The notes below the pieces were generated by a model. It saw only the letters and a list, made by a program, of their open reading frames with translations. It searched no databases and was not told where the DNA came from. The translations under genes and the position numbers were made by a program. Shown here in pieces: positions 1-8,808 of a stretch of DNA of 64,000 nucleotides. How positions within the stretch are numbered: position 1 is the stretch's first letter; each line of letters starts with the position of its first letter. The stretch is from an uncultured archaeon (GTDB lineage Archaea > Nanobdellota > Nanobdellia > Pacearchaeales > GW2011-AR1): contig CABMGO010000005.1 in the NCBI GenBank assembly GCA_902385655.1, forward strand, positions 99,584 through 163,583. The letters are read 5' to 3'.

Positions 1-618
1 GCAATGAGAGAAGGAAAAATACCGCAAGTTCCAGTGTATATTGATGGTATGATTTGGGATATCAATGCAGTTCACACAGCATATCCAGACTTTTTATCAA
101 GAAATGTTCGTTCACAAGTTTTCCAAGACAAGAACCCATTCACATCTGAAATTTTCAAACAAGTTGGTTCAGCTCAAGAAAGAAAAGCCGTAATCGAAGG
201 AGGCCCATGTATAATTTTAGCAACATCAGGTATGCTTGTTGGAGGAGCATCTTTAGAGTATTTCAGAAATTTTGTAGACAACCCTAAAGATGGAATGTGC
301 TTATCTTGTTACCAGCCGCCAGGAGGATTAGGTAGACAATTGCAAGAAGGAACACTAAAAGAAGTTACTTTCCAAAATGAAGGGAAAGAAGAAACTTCGC
401 CGATTAAAATGCAGATCATAAGCATCGAAGGATTTTCAGGACACTCATCAAGAAGCGAACTTATTGCATTCGTAAACAATTTAAGCCCATCACCAAAAAG
501 AATTATTGTAAATCATGGAGAAGTTTCTCGTTCTTTAGATCTCGCATCTTCAATTTACAAAATGCACAAGGTTGAAACAGTTGTCCCAAGAAATCTTGAA
601 GCAATAAGGTTAAGATAA
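1..618 (+). CDS. beta-CASP/metallo-beta-lactamase ribonuclease, C-terminal part (aCPSF1/FttA-like); 5' end lies outside the window
   Basis: Motifs GFSGHSSRSEL and IIVNHGE are typical of CPSF73/beta-CASP motif C; the frame runs in from the window edge. Confidence 0.55.
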   Translation, partial: AMREGKIPQVPVYIDGMIWDINAVHTAYPDFLSRNVRSQVFQDKNPFTSEIFKQVGSAQERKAVIEGGPCIILATSGMLVGGASLEYFRNFVDNPKDGMCLSCYQPPGGLGRQLQEGTLKEVTFQNEGKEETSPIKMQIISIEGFSGHSSRSELIAFVNNLSPSPKRIIVNHGEVSRSLDLASSIYKMHKVETVVPRNLEAIRLR

Positions 619-626
619 CTTCCTGC

Positions 627-722
627 AAGGATGATCCCGAATTTTGGTTTTTCCATGCAGGCGAGGGGCGTTCTGCAAGAATGTCACCGAGGATTATCTT
701 GGTTACATGCAGGCGAGGGAAC
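627..722. repeat. Two tandem ~48-bp units of repeat family A (CTGCAAGA-TCAYCCGARAATT...ATGCAGGCGAGGG), also present at 15081-15181, 22430-22480 and 21265-21310
   Basis: Direct sequence comparison of the four loci; units begin CTGCA and end TGCAG (short inverted termini). Confidence 0.6.
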
Positions 723-819
723 TTTTTTTCTAGAAAAATAAAAAGGATAATTTCAAAAGATAACAATAATCATAAAGAAAAATTTGAAAATTAAAAAGTC
801 TAAAAAAACTAATAACCGC

Positions 820-890
820 GTGCTTTGCACGCAAGTTCAGAAACAAATTTTTTCTTCGAAAAAATTTGACAATTTCCCTTAAAATCCATT
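820..890. repeat. Repeat family E: GCGTGC-TTT-GCACGC hairpin plus a perfect A/T palindrome AAATTTTTTCTTCGAAAAAATTT; second copy at 57340-57410. Putative bidirectional terminator
   Basis: Near-identical ~70-bp segment at both loci; oligo-T on both strands; both downstream of converging or 3' gene ends. Confidence 0.45.
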
Positions 891-1103
891 TTATCCTTAA
901 AGCCAAAACCTAACCGCTCGCGTAAAAAATTTCGCTTTGAATGAACTAAAGTTTATTCGAAAATATTATGGCCTTCATGAAATGCAAAATTTTTTGGAAA
1001 ATTCTTTATTCATAACCCTTAAAAACACCATTTCACATTTAATGATATAAAAGGTGACGAAACTATCAAGCACAAACCATTAATAACAATAATAATTCTG
1101 ACA

Positions 1104-1976
1104 ATGTTCTTATTAACTCAGTTCATTGGGTTATTTGTAATTTCGTCTCACGTTGTTCCAAACTATCTTGACGCACAGGTTTCAGATCAGGAACAATTAA
1201 GTTATGGATATTATTTTTTTAATATTATAGTTTCTTTAGCGATGGCAGTTCTTATTTTTGTTTTGATAACAAAATACAAACTTGTTGCCTTCATGAGAAT
1301 CTGGTTTTTAGTCGTCTTAACAATTGCACTTTCCATTTCACTTTCAGCGATAATAAAGTTATTTGGATTAAATTCGTACTGGATAGCTTTGATAATCGCA
1401 ATTCCACTAGGAATACTTAAACTTGTCCGACCCTCGATAATAATTCACAACGGAACAGAACTTTTAATTTATCCCGGCCTAGCAGCGGTTTTCGCCCAAA
1501 TACTTTCTCCACTATATGCGATTTTATTTTTATTATTAATTTCGATTTATGACTTCTGGGCAGTTTGGCATTCAGGACTAATGCAAAGAATGGCAAAATT
1601 CCAAATGAATGAAATGAAAGTGTTTGGAGGATTTTATATTCCATATTTAACAAAAGAACTACGAGAAAAAATACAAAAAATGAAAATAAAATTCAGAGGT
1701 AAAAAGATAAACAAGAAAATAGGAATAAAAGTTCCAATCGCAATTTTAGGTGGAGGAGACATTGTTTTCCCGATAATAACTGCGGGCGTATTCATGAATG
1801 CATTCAACAGCATCGCACCAGCAATAGCAATAATTCTCGGAGCTTTCGCAGGATTAACTTATTTGCTTATGGTTTCACATAAAAAGAAATTCTATCCAGC
1901 AATGGTTTATATAACTCCTGGAATATTAATAGGATTAGCAATTTGGTTTTTATTAAGATACTTTAGTCTTGCTTAA
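1104..1976 (+). CDS. Presenilin/signal-peptide-peptidase-like GxGD intramembrane aspartyl protease (A22 family, PSH-like)
   Basis: ~9 predicted TM segments; YD motif (SIYDFW) in TM6, a lysine-rich loop, GxGD (LGGGDIVFP) in TM7 and a PAL-like YPAM motif in the last TM; size ~290 aa, like archaeal PSH. Confidence 0.5.
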   Translation: MFLLTQFIGLFVISSHVVPNYLDAQVSDQEQLSYGYYFFNIIVSLAMAVLIFVLITKYKLVAFMRIWFLVVLTIALSISLSAIIKLFGLNSYWIALIIAIPLGILKLVRPSIIIHNGTELLIYPGLAAVFAQILSPLYAILFLLLISIYDFWAVWHSGLMQRMAKFQMNEMKVFGGFYIPYLTKELREKIQKMKIKFRGKKINKKIGIKVPIAILGGGDIVFPIITAGVFMNAFNSIAPAIAIILGAFAGLTYLLMVSHKKKFYPAMVYITPGILIGLAIWFLLRYFSLA

Positions 1977-2286
1977 AACCCATGTGAGCCCCAGCTCTTT
2001 TATGTCTACTGTTGATATGCTCCACTTTCTTTTCTAGAAATCCATCTTTCTGAGGAGTAATTGAATAACGAACACCCAGAGTAAAAAGTGCCAAAGAAAG
2101 CCGAGTAGGAGATTCAGTTTCAAGCATAGCTAATTTACCTTCAGGACAAAAAACTATTGAAGGCAACAGATCGACATAACCTAAGTCATAATTTGGCTTA
2201 GCAACTCGGCCCATGTAATCTCCATTCTCAAATGTAATAAATACTTCTCGTCCAATAAACTCATCAATAGGAGATCTTTCTGCCAT
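1963..2286 (-). CDS. Hypothetical protein (possible Sm-like fold)
   Basis: ORF only; weak resemblance. Confidence 0.3.
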   Translation of the reverse strand: MAERSPIDEFIGREVFITFENGDYMGRVAKPNYDLGYVDLLPSIVFCPEGKLAMLETESPTRLSLALFTLGVRYSITPQKDGFLEKKVEHINSRHKRAGAHMGFKQD

Positions 2287-2448
2287 AACTAGTTCGAGCC
2301 TAAAGCCTATTTAAATATTATTATAGTGTCACTAAGCAATTACAACAAAATGGAAACATTTATAAAGGAGTTTTTTATTGAGTCTGAGTAGTAAAAATGG
2401 CAATAGAATCAAGTTTAACAAATAAATTGAAGAAAGGAAAGAAATAAA

Positions 2449-2679
2449 ATGAGTTTCGCACAAGATTATCCAGTACTTACAGGTCTTTTGGTTGCAGGAG
2501 CTATAGGACTCTCTATTCTTTCAAACAGAGTAAGCGATTTAGAACAAAAACTAACTCCTCAAACAGAAGTTGTTTCAGGAAGAACAAATACTTATTTTAA
2601 TATCTCCGGGCAAAAGGTTTATAATTTAGTTGATGGAAAACCAGCAACTAACTATTTTCCAAGAGGAGAAAAACAATGA
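2449..2679 (+). CDS. Small membrane protein; stop overlaps the TrmB start (ATGA)
   Basis: SD-like AGGAAAG upstream; one TM helix; translational coupling. Confidence 0.4.
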   Translation: MSFAQDYPVLTGLLVAGAIGLSILSNRVSDLEQKLTPQTEVVSGRTNTYFNISGQKVYNLVDGKPATNYFPRGEKQ

Positions 2680-3461
2680 TAGCAAAACCAGAACTAATAA
2701 AGAAAGTAAAAGACTATTTTGATTTAAATATTTACGAAACCAAAGTTTGGCTTGCTCTTTTAACAAGAGGAATCTCATCTGCAGGTGAAATCGCAGAAGT
2801 TTCCGGAGTTCCAAGATCAAGAACATATGATGTTTTAGAATCTCTTGAAAAAAGAGGATTCGCAATTGAAAAATTGGGAAAACCTGTAAAATATCTTGCA
2901 GTAAAACCTTCAGTAGTTATTGAAAAATTGAAAAATAACACAATGAAGTATGCTGAAGAAAAAGTAGAAGTCCTTTCAAAATTAAAAGATACCAAAGAAT
3001 ACGAGGAATTACAAACACTTCATACAACAGGTATCGAACCTATGAAAAACCATGAATTATCAAGTTCTATCAAAGGAAGATCAAACTTATATTCTCAATT
3101 AAGAGACACTATGGAATCAGCAGACACTTCTGTTTACCTTGCAACATCTGCATATGAATTAATGTCAAAACAAAAAATGTTTTCTGAAGTTTTCGCTAAA
3201 CTAAAGAAAAGAAATGTAGACATAAAAATTATAGTCTCTGATGATGAATCTGAAGTAAAAAAACTTGTAAAAAAATTCAATGTTCCAATCAAGTCTAAAC
3301 ATATCAATTCTAGATTCTTGATGGCAGACAGAAAAGAATTAATCTTTACATTAAAACCAACAAACGTTCATGAAGATTATGATTATGCCTTCTGGATAAA
3401 TTCTGAATATTTTACAAATTCCTTAGCTTATATGTTTGAATTAGCTTGGAATTCTAATTAA
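2676..3461 (+). CDS. TrmB-family transcriptional regulator
   Basis: N-terminal wHTH YETKVWLALL...GVPRSRTYDVLESLEKRGF is typical of TrmB; paralog at 56216-57019. Confidence 0.75.
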   Translation: MIAKPELIKKVKDYFDLNIYETKVWLALLTRGISSAGEIAEVSGVPRSRTYDVLESLEKRGFAIEKLGKPVKYLAVKPSVVIEKLKNNTMKYAEEKVEVLSKLKDTKEYEELQTLHTTGIEPMKNHELSSSIKGRSNLYSQLRDTMESADTSVYLATSAYELMSKQKMFSEVFAKLKKRNVDIKIIVSDDESEVKKLVKKFNVPIKSKHINSRFLMADRKELIFTLKPTNVHEDYDYAFWINSEYFTNSLAYMFELAWNSN

Positions 3462-3474
3462 TTTAGGAGAAAAA

Positions 3475-3678
3475 ATGAGAGAATATTATAATAATAGATA
3501 TGGAAATTATGATTCTTTAATGGGATATGTAGTTCTTATGGGATTGGTTATTTGTATGGGTGGAATTGGAAAATATTTCTCAAAAGAAAACCCAAGAAAA
3601 GATATGAAAGTTGCTCAAGTTCAGCAACATGCCGCAGAATCTAATCTAGTTCAAAAAGTAAGTGGAGGAAAACAGTAA
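3475..3678 (+). CDS. Small TM protein, first gene of a coupled six-gene unknown operon
   Basis: TAATG overlap with the next gene; hydrophobic core. Confidence 0.4.
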   Translation: MREYYNNRYGNYDSLMGYVVLMGLVICMGGIGKYFSKENPRKDMKVAQVQQHAAESNLVQKVSGGKQ

Positions 3679-3887
3679 TGGATAAAGATATGATTACATT
3701 TTTCGAAGTAAGAAATCCAACTGGAAAACCTGTAAAGAATTTAACGCTAGGACTAGAATCTGCAGCAAGTATAACTATCAATACATTTTATGAAAATCCT
3801 GCAAACAAATATAGAAAAGTTGAAGTTATGATAATGCCAGAAGACGTTGCAAACGAGGTTAGAAAATACTTGGAGGGAAAACAATAA
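3678..3887 (+). CDS. Hypothetical small protein
   Basis: TAATG start/stop overlaps on both sides. Confidence 0.4.
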   Translation: MDKDMITFFEVRNPTGKPVKNLTLGLESAASITINTFYENPANKYRKVEVMIMPEDVANEVRKYLEGKQ

Positions 3888-4378
3888 TGGTAGACGATTA
3901 TTCCTATGATTTGAAAGCTATGAAAGAAGACCAAGAAACATTAAGATTATCTCGGAAAAAAGATCCACTCGTAATCGCAGATGGAGTAGAAGAAAATGGC
4001 GATGCAGAAGGATACACGCCAGTACCTTATGATGAAGAAAGAGATGGACCAAGATGTTTACATAGCCTAAGTCCCGAAGAAGAAAAAGAATTAAAAAAAC
4101 GTTTAATTAGACAAGACATCTTAACCGAGAAAAAAAGATATGAAGAGCTGAACTTCATTGGAGGATTAACTGCCTCAGCAGGAGCATTTCTAGGAAGTAT
4201 AATAGACTACGAACTAAGAAAACATGGGGCATATGTTCCAGGTTGCGAAAATCTCGGGACAATTATCTGGACATTAGGAATGGCTTGTCCAGGAACAGGA
4301 TTGGTGATTGGGAATTATGTGCATTCAAGAAGAAACATAAGCGATCTTAGAAATAAATTATCCGAACTTGAAAAATAA
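3887..4378 (+). CDS. Hypothetical protein with acidic N-terminus and C-terminal glycine-zipper TM segments
   Basis: ORF; GxxxG-rich hydrophobic stretches. Confidence 0.45.
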   Translation: MVDDYSYDLKAMKEDQETLRLSRKKDPLVIADGVEENGDAEGYTPVPYDEERDGPRCLHSLSPEEEKELKKRLIRQDILTEKKRYEELNFIGGLTASAGAFLGSIIDYELRKHGAYVPGCENLGTIIWTLGMACPGTGLVIGNYVHSRRNISDLRNKLSELEK

Positions 4379-4379
4379 A

Positions 4380-4925
4380 ATGGCAAAAATAACAATAAAG
4401 AGAAGAGAACTAGACAATCCGCAAGATTCTTTAGATGCACTAGAAGCAGAACCAATAAGTTCAGAAAAATTTGCAAGATTATTTAGATTTGCCTTAGAAT
4501 ACGAAGTCACAAATGACACATTTCCAAAATCAGTAGTATACTCAATAACAAGAGAGATGACAGATGGAATGGGAGACCCTGCTATATATTTAGTAATGAA
4601 ACAAACTTGCTTCTTTGACAGAGACAAGGAAGGAACAATTGTCCCTACTTCTAGAAGATATATTGGAGGAAAAGGAGCAACATACGGATTAACATTTGAA
4701 AATGCAGAAGCAAAAGCATACAAACTTGCAAAAAATACTGCAGAATATTATGCAAAACAAAATAATTCGGGAGCACGTTTAGAAATTGAAGATTTAACTG
4801 GTAAGAAAGGGTCTAGACTAGAACTTCTTGCAGATAGTCTTAGACTAAACTCTGGAGAAACTCCAACAACTGAAGAAGACCGAGAACATCCTTCTGCAAT
4901 GTGGGAAATACAGCCAGGGGCTTAA
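4380..4925 (+). CDS. Hypothetical soluble protein (start reassigned to the ATG 2 nt after the upstream stop; the ORF-track start is TTG)
   Basis: ORF; coupling taaaATGg. Confidence 0.45.
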   Translation: MAKITIKRRELDNPQDSLDALEAEPISSEKFARLFRFALEYEVTNDTFPKSVVYSITREMTDGMGDPAIYLVMKQTCFFDRDKEGTIVPTSRRYIGGKGATYGLTFENAEAKAYKLAKNTAEYYAKQNNSGARLEIEDLTGKKGSRLELLADSLRLNSGETPTTEEDREHPSAMWEIQPGA

Positions 4926-5228
4926 ATGGTAAACGAAAAATACTTTTTATCAAAACTCTTTAAAATAAGAAGATCGGAAACAGCAATAAGACAAGAGTTC
5001 GATTGTGCGTTGGTTATGCTTGTACAAAATCATGCTCGAGGAAGACCTGTTTCAGAAATAGCAAATGAATTGAATGAACAAAGGAAGCTTAGAGTAGAAA
5101 TGTTAAAACACCCTTATAGGTTATATTTAGAACTAAAAGAAGAAGCAGAAACAGCTGCACCACAACTTGTAGATTCAATAACAGCACTAGCAGACCAAGT
5201 TGGAGATGAAATAGCAAGATACGCATAA
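4926..5228 (+). CDS. Hypothetical protein
   Basis: ATG immediately after the upstream TAA. Confidence 0.45.
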   Translation: MVNEKYFLSKLFKIRRSETAIRQEFDCALVMLVQNHARGRPVSEIANELNEQRKLRVEMLKHPYRLYLELKEEAETAAPQLVDSITALADQVGDEIARYA

Positions 5229-5665
5229 TGAAAAAGAAATCTCTTGTTTCTAAACTTACACAAGAAGCAGCAGACAGTCTTCTTTATGTAGCAGAAAAAT
5301 CTTGGAGAATTAGTCCAGATGAATTAAATCCTAATCAACAAAACTATTCTGATGGAGATTACAACAGACAAAAGAAGCTCAGAGGAGCATATGCTTTAAT
5401 GGGGCTTGGAATGGGTGGATTTGCAGTATGTTCTGGCATTGCAGGAGCAGCTAATATGATCTCAAGTGTAATTGACGGAGTAAAATATTTTTCAGAACCT
5501 TCTAATCAGTATCTAGCAGGCCAAACCTACCATTTCATTCAAAGTAATTGTTTTCTATTCTTAGCCTTAGCAGGAGTAAAAACTGTCTCTCCGATTGCAA
5601 ATAGGATCGAACTCTTAACAAAAAAAATAGAAAAATATAAATCTCAACACCCAACAATAGACTAA
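5228..5665 (+). CDS. Hypothetical membrane protein (glycine-zipper TM)
   Basis: TAATG overlap; GLGMGGFAVCSGIAGAA segment. Confidence 0.45.
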   Translation: MKKKSLVSKLTQEAADSLLYVAEKSWRISPDELNPNQQNYSDGDYNRQKKLRGAYALMGLGMGGFAVCSGIAGAANMISSVIDGVKYFSEPSNQYLAGQTYHFIQSNCFLFLALAGVKTVSPIANRIELLTKKIEKYKSQHPTID

Positions 5666-6504
5666 TCAATTTTTATTTTAACATTCCACCTAAACTTCTT
5701 TACACCAATATCACCTGCCTTTCTAAATTCAGTAATTTTATATTTCTTACCAAATTTTTTCAAATCTCTTTCAATCTCATTTCTTACCTTCTCTTCTTCA
5801 CCAAATCCATGATAATAAATCAGAGTTCCTTTCTTAGCAACTTTCAAAGCAGCATCTAAAAATGTATCTTCTAAATTTGGCCTTAACATTAAAATAAAAT
5901 CAAATTTATCTTTTTTTCTGCTCGCAGAATTAACACAAAACTTCCTAGAATCTCCACAAACTACTTGCACATAATCCTGGACTTTATTCATCTCAACATT
6001 TTTTTCAGCAAATTCACATGCTTTTTTATTTAACTCAGAAGAGATAATTTCAATAGACAGTTTATTTTTCTTAAACAGCTTAGCCAGTACAATGGCCTGA
6101 GGTGCAACTCCTCCAAACATAACAAGTACGCTAGGAGACCTTAACTTACTAGCAAAAATCTCCTCAGCAACAACCTTTCTTTCCTGACTCAAACGAGGAG
6201 AAAAGTAAGTCTCATCAACATTCAAATAAAAAGAACAATCATTTTCTTTGTGAATAGTATCTTTTCTTTTTTCTCCCGCAACCCATTTAGTCTCTTGAAC
6301 TCTTAGTTCTCCAGAAAAACCTGAAGTTTTTTCCAGAATAACTTTTATGTGCCGATTATTCTTCAGAAACCTCCGAGCATAGAATTTTTTAAGAATCCAA
6401 GGATGCCATCTAGCAAACTTCAGAATAGCAATATCTCCGACAACATCTAAAGGTATTCTCATAGAGTTATAACTAGAAGAAACCTTAAAAACCTTCTTAA
6501 GCAT
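5662..6504 (-). CDS. Class I SAM methyltransferase of the Met-10+/Trm5/Taw2 family (tRNA m1G37 methyltransferase-like)
   Basis: DVVGDIAIL motif and Rossmann segment, typical of archaeal Trm5/Taw2. Confidence 0.55.
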   Translation of the reverse strand: MLKKVFKVSSSYNSMRIPLDVVGDIAILKFARWHPWILKKFYARRFLKNNRHIKVILEKTSGFSGELRVQETKWVAGEKRKDTIHKENDCSFYLNVDETYFSPRLSQERKVVAEEIFASKLRSPSVLVMFGGVAPQAIVLAKLFKKNKLSIEIISSELNKKACEFAEKNVEMNKVQDYVQVVCGDSRKFCVNSASRKKDKFDFILMLRPNLEDTFLDAALKVAKKGTLIYYHGFGEEEKVRNEIERDLKKFGKKYKITEFRKAGDIGVKKFRWNVKIKID

Positions 6505-6512
6505 TTATAACT

Positions 6513-7241
6513 ATGAATACCTTAATCGAAATTTTAGTCAGCACAATCTTGGTAAGTCTAATTTCATTAATAGGGATAGCCACTTTCCTACTCAAAGAGA
6601 AAAACTTGAAAAAAATAATCGAATATCTTGTAGCATTTTCCATCGGAGGACTAATTGGCGGAGCATTCTTTGATTTAATACCTGAGTCACTAAACGAATT
6701 AAAGTCAGAAACTGTTTTTATTTACTTAATTATAGGAATTTTCATATTTTTTGCAATAGAGAAATACTTCCACTGGAGACATTGCCATGAACAACACTGC
6801 GAAGAACACTCATTTGCTTATTCCAATTTAGTCGGAGGTGCAGTACACAATTTCTTTGATGGTATTTCAATAGCTGCAGCATTCTTAATCAACTTCAACG
6901 TAGGTATCGCAACAACATTTGCAATAGTTTTACATGAAATCCCACACGAGCTTGGAGATTTCGGAGTCTTAATGTATGCAGGCTTCAAAAAAGAAAAAGC
7001 AATTTTCTTCAACTTATTAACAGCATTCTTTAGCATAATTGGAGGAATCATAGGATTCGTTCTTCTTAGTCAAATAAGCGCAATAATTCCATTCGTTATA
7101 GCCCTAACAGCGGGAGGATTTATTTACATATCAGTATCTGATTTGATCCCCGAAATAAGAAAAGAAGTAAGCATGAAAAAGTCACTAATACATATTGTTA
7201 TGATCTTCCTAGGAATATTACTTCTCTATCTTTTTAGATAA
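6513..7241 (+). CDS. zupT: ZIP-family metal transporter (ZupT-like)
   Basis: HEIPHELGDFGVL and HNFFDG motifs; multi-TM. Confidence 0.65.
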   Translation: MNTLIEILVSTILVSLISLIGIATFLLKEKNLKKIIEYLVAFSIGGLIGGAFFDLIPESLNELKSETVFIYLIIGIFIFFAIEKYFHWRHCHEQHCEEHSFAYSNLVGGAVHNFFDGISIAAAFLINFNVGIATTFAIVLHEIPHELGDFGVLMYAGFKKEKAIFFNLLTAFFSIIGGIIGFVLLSQISAIIPFVIALTAGGFIYISVSDLIPEIRKEVSMKKSLIHIVMIFLGILLLYLFR

Positions 7242-7278
7242 ACTGAAAGCTTATAAACAAGTTAGTCTTAAAATAAAA

Positions 7279-7701
7279 ATGGCAAAAGAGGAAGAAAAAA
7301 TTTCAGTTTTCATGTTAAAAGAACACGGACAAATTCTAGCACTTTTAAACAAATTTGATAAATCGAAAAACGCAGAAGACTTCAAAGCGCTAAGAAAGAA
7401 GCAAGAAGATCACATGTTTGCTGAAGAAAAAGCAATTTTTACATTCTACAAAGAAAAAAAGAAATTCCCAGTTTTAGTAACAATAATGGAACAACATGAA
7501 GAATTAGAAGATCAAATGAATATTATAGAGAAAAACCTAAAACAAAATGTTGAAGAATATAAAAAATTAATGAAGGAACATATTATGCTTGAAGATAAAG
7601 AATTCTATCCGAAATTGGACAAAGACTTGAACCCTGCAGAACAAAAAAATATGCTAGCAAAGACAAAAGACTATATTCTGGGCAACATCGGTTTTGCATA
7701 A
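7279..7701 (+). CDS. Hemerythrin HHE cation-binding domain protein
   Basis: Repeated H..xE spacing: EHGQI, HMFAEEKAIF, EQHEELEDQ, EHIMLEDKEFYP. Confidence 0.5.
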   Translation: MAKEEEKISVFMLKEHGQILALLNKFDKSKNAEDFKALRKKQEDHMFAEEKAIFTFYKEKKKFPVLVTIMEQHEELEDQMNIIEKNLKQNVEEYKKLMKEHIMLEDKEFYPKLDKDLNPAEQKNMLAKTKDYILGNIGFA

Positions 7702-7738
7702 TAATTAGCTTAATAAACAACTTCTAAGAAAGAATAAT

Positions 7739-8365
7739 ATGAAACTAGTCAATAAGATTGAAAATTTAAAGAAAGAACCTATCGAAAAAACTATTCGAAA
7801 TAGGGTTAAAGAATTCGAACAAATTTTAAAAGAAAAAGACAAAGAAAAAATTTTTTCAGAGCTATGTTTTTGTCTAATGACTGCAAATTGGCAAGCACAA
7901 AAAGCAATCGAACTTCAAAAAGAACTTGCACAAGACTTCATCAAAGCAAATAAAGAAACTTTAGCAAAAAAACTTAAAGAAAAAGGACACCGATTCTGGC
8001 CACAAAGAGCTGAAGCAATAATCAAAGCAAGAGAACACAAGAATACAATTCATGAACTTGTATTAAAAGAAAAAGATGAAAAGAAAATCAGAGAATGGAT
8101 CGCTGAAAATATCCGTGGACTTGGAATGAAAGAATCTTCTCACTTCCTAAGAAATATCGGTTACAAAAATCTTGCAATTATCGACTTTCACATAGTAGAT
8201 TTGTTAGTAGCTGAAAACATTATTGAACAACCAAAAACAATCACGAAAAAGAAATATCTAGAAATAGAAAATAAACTTGAAGAAATAAGTAAAAAAACAA
8301 AAATCCCACAAGGCGAACTAGACCTTTACTTATGGTACCTCGAAACCGGAAAAGTACTAAAATAA
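7739..8365 (+). CDS. HhH-GPD DNA glycosylase, archaeal Ogg2-like (8-oxoguanine glycosylase/lyase)
   Basis: GLGMKESSHFLRNIGY...AIIDFHI helix-hairpin-helix with catalytic K/D; ~208 aa. Confidence 0.55.
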   Translation: MKLVNKIENLKKEPIEKTIRNRVKEFEQILKEKDKEKIFSELCFCLMTANWQAQKAIELQKELAQDFIKANKETLAKKLKEKGHRFWPQRAEAIIKAREHKNTIHELVLKEKDEKKIREWIAENIRGLGMKESSHFLRNIGYKNLAIIDFHIVDLLVAENIIEQPKTITKKKYLEIENKLEEISKKTKIPQGELDLYLWYLETGKVLK

Positions 8366-8396
8366 CCCTTAAATACTTCAAAAAACAATAAATTAC

Positions 8397-8807
8397 ATGT
8401 ATAAATTCTTAGAACACACCGCAGATGTTAAATTTATAGCCGAAGGCAACTCTCTTGAAGAAGCATTCCTCGAAGCATCAAAAGCACTAAAAGAAGCAAT
8501 CTGCGGAGACATTAAAGTCTTAGAGCAACAAACAAAAGAAATAGAAATCGAAGGAGACAATCTTGAAAGCCTTTTGTATAACTTCCTCGAAGAGTTTATT
8601 GTCCTATTAGAGTCAGAAGATTTTCTAATTTCAAAAATAACAGAAATAAAAATTGATCAAAAAAATTTCATATTAAAAGCAAAAGTTTCGGGAGACAAGA
8701 TAGATAATTACAAATTTACAAATGATGTCAAAGCCGTTACATACAACGAAATGTTCGTAAAAAACGAAAAAGGAAAGTGGAGACTCCAAGTCGTTTTAGA
8801 TGTATAA
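8397..8807 (+). CDS. Archease (RtcB activator)
   Basis: N-terminal FLEHTADVKF signature; ~136 aa. Confidence 0.8.
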   Translation: MYKFLEHTADVKFIAEGNSLEEAFLEASKALKEAICGDIKVLEQQTKEIEIEGDNLESLLYNFLEEFIVLLESEDFLISKITEIKIDQKNFILKAKVSGDKIDNYKFTNDVKAVTYNEMFVKNEKGKWRLQVVLDV

Positions 8808-8808
8808 A

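Noticed and set aside
503-766. 87-aa minus-strand ORF overlapping the nuclease gene end and the family-A repeat
   Set aside because: It overlaps a confidently coding region and a repeat element, and it has no start signal.
1104-1976. Calling this protein the prepilin peptidase of the pilus locus
   Set aside because: The Asp spacing (~86 aa with a large basic loop), YD in TM6/GxGD in TM7 and the PAL-like motif fit presenilin/SPP topology better than A24 peptidases. It is kept as presenilin-like.
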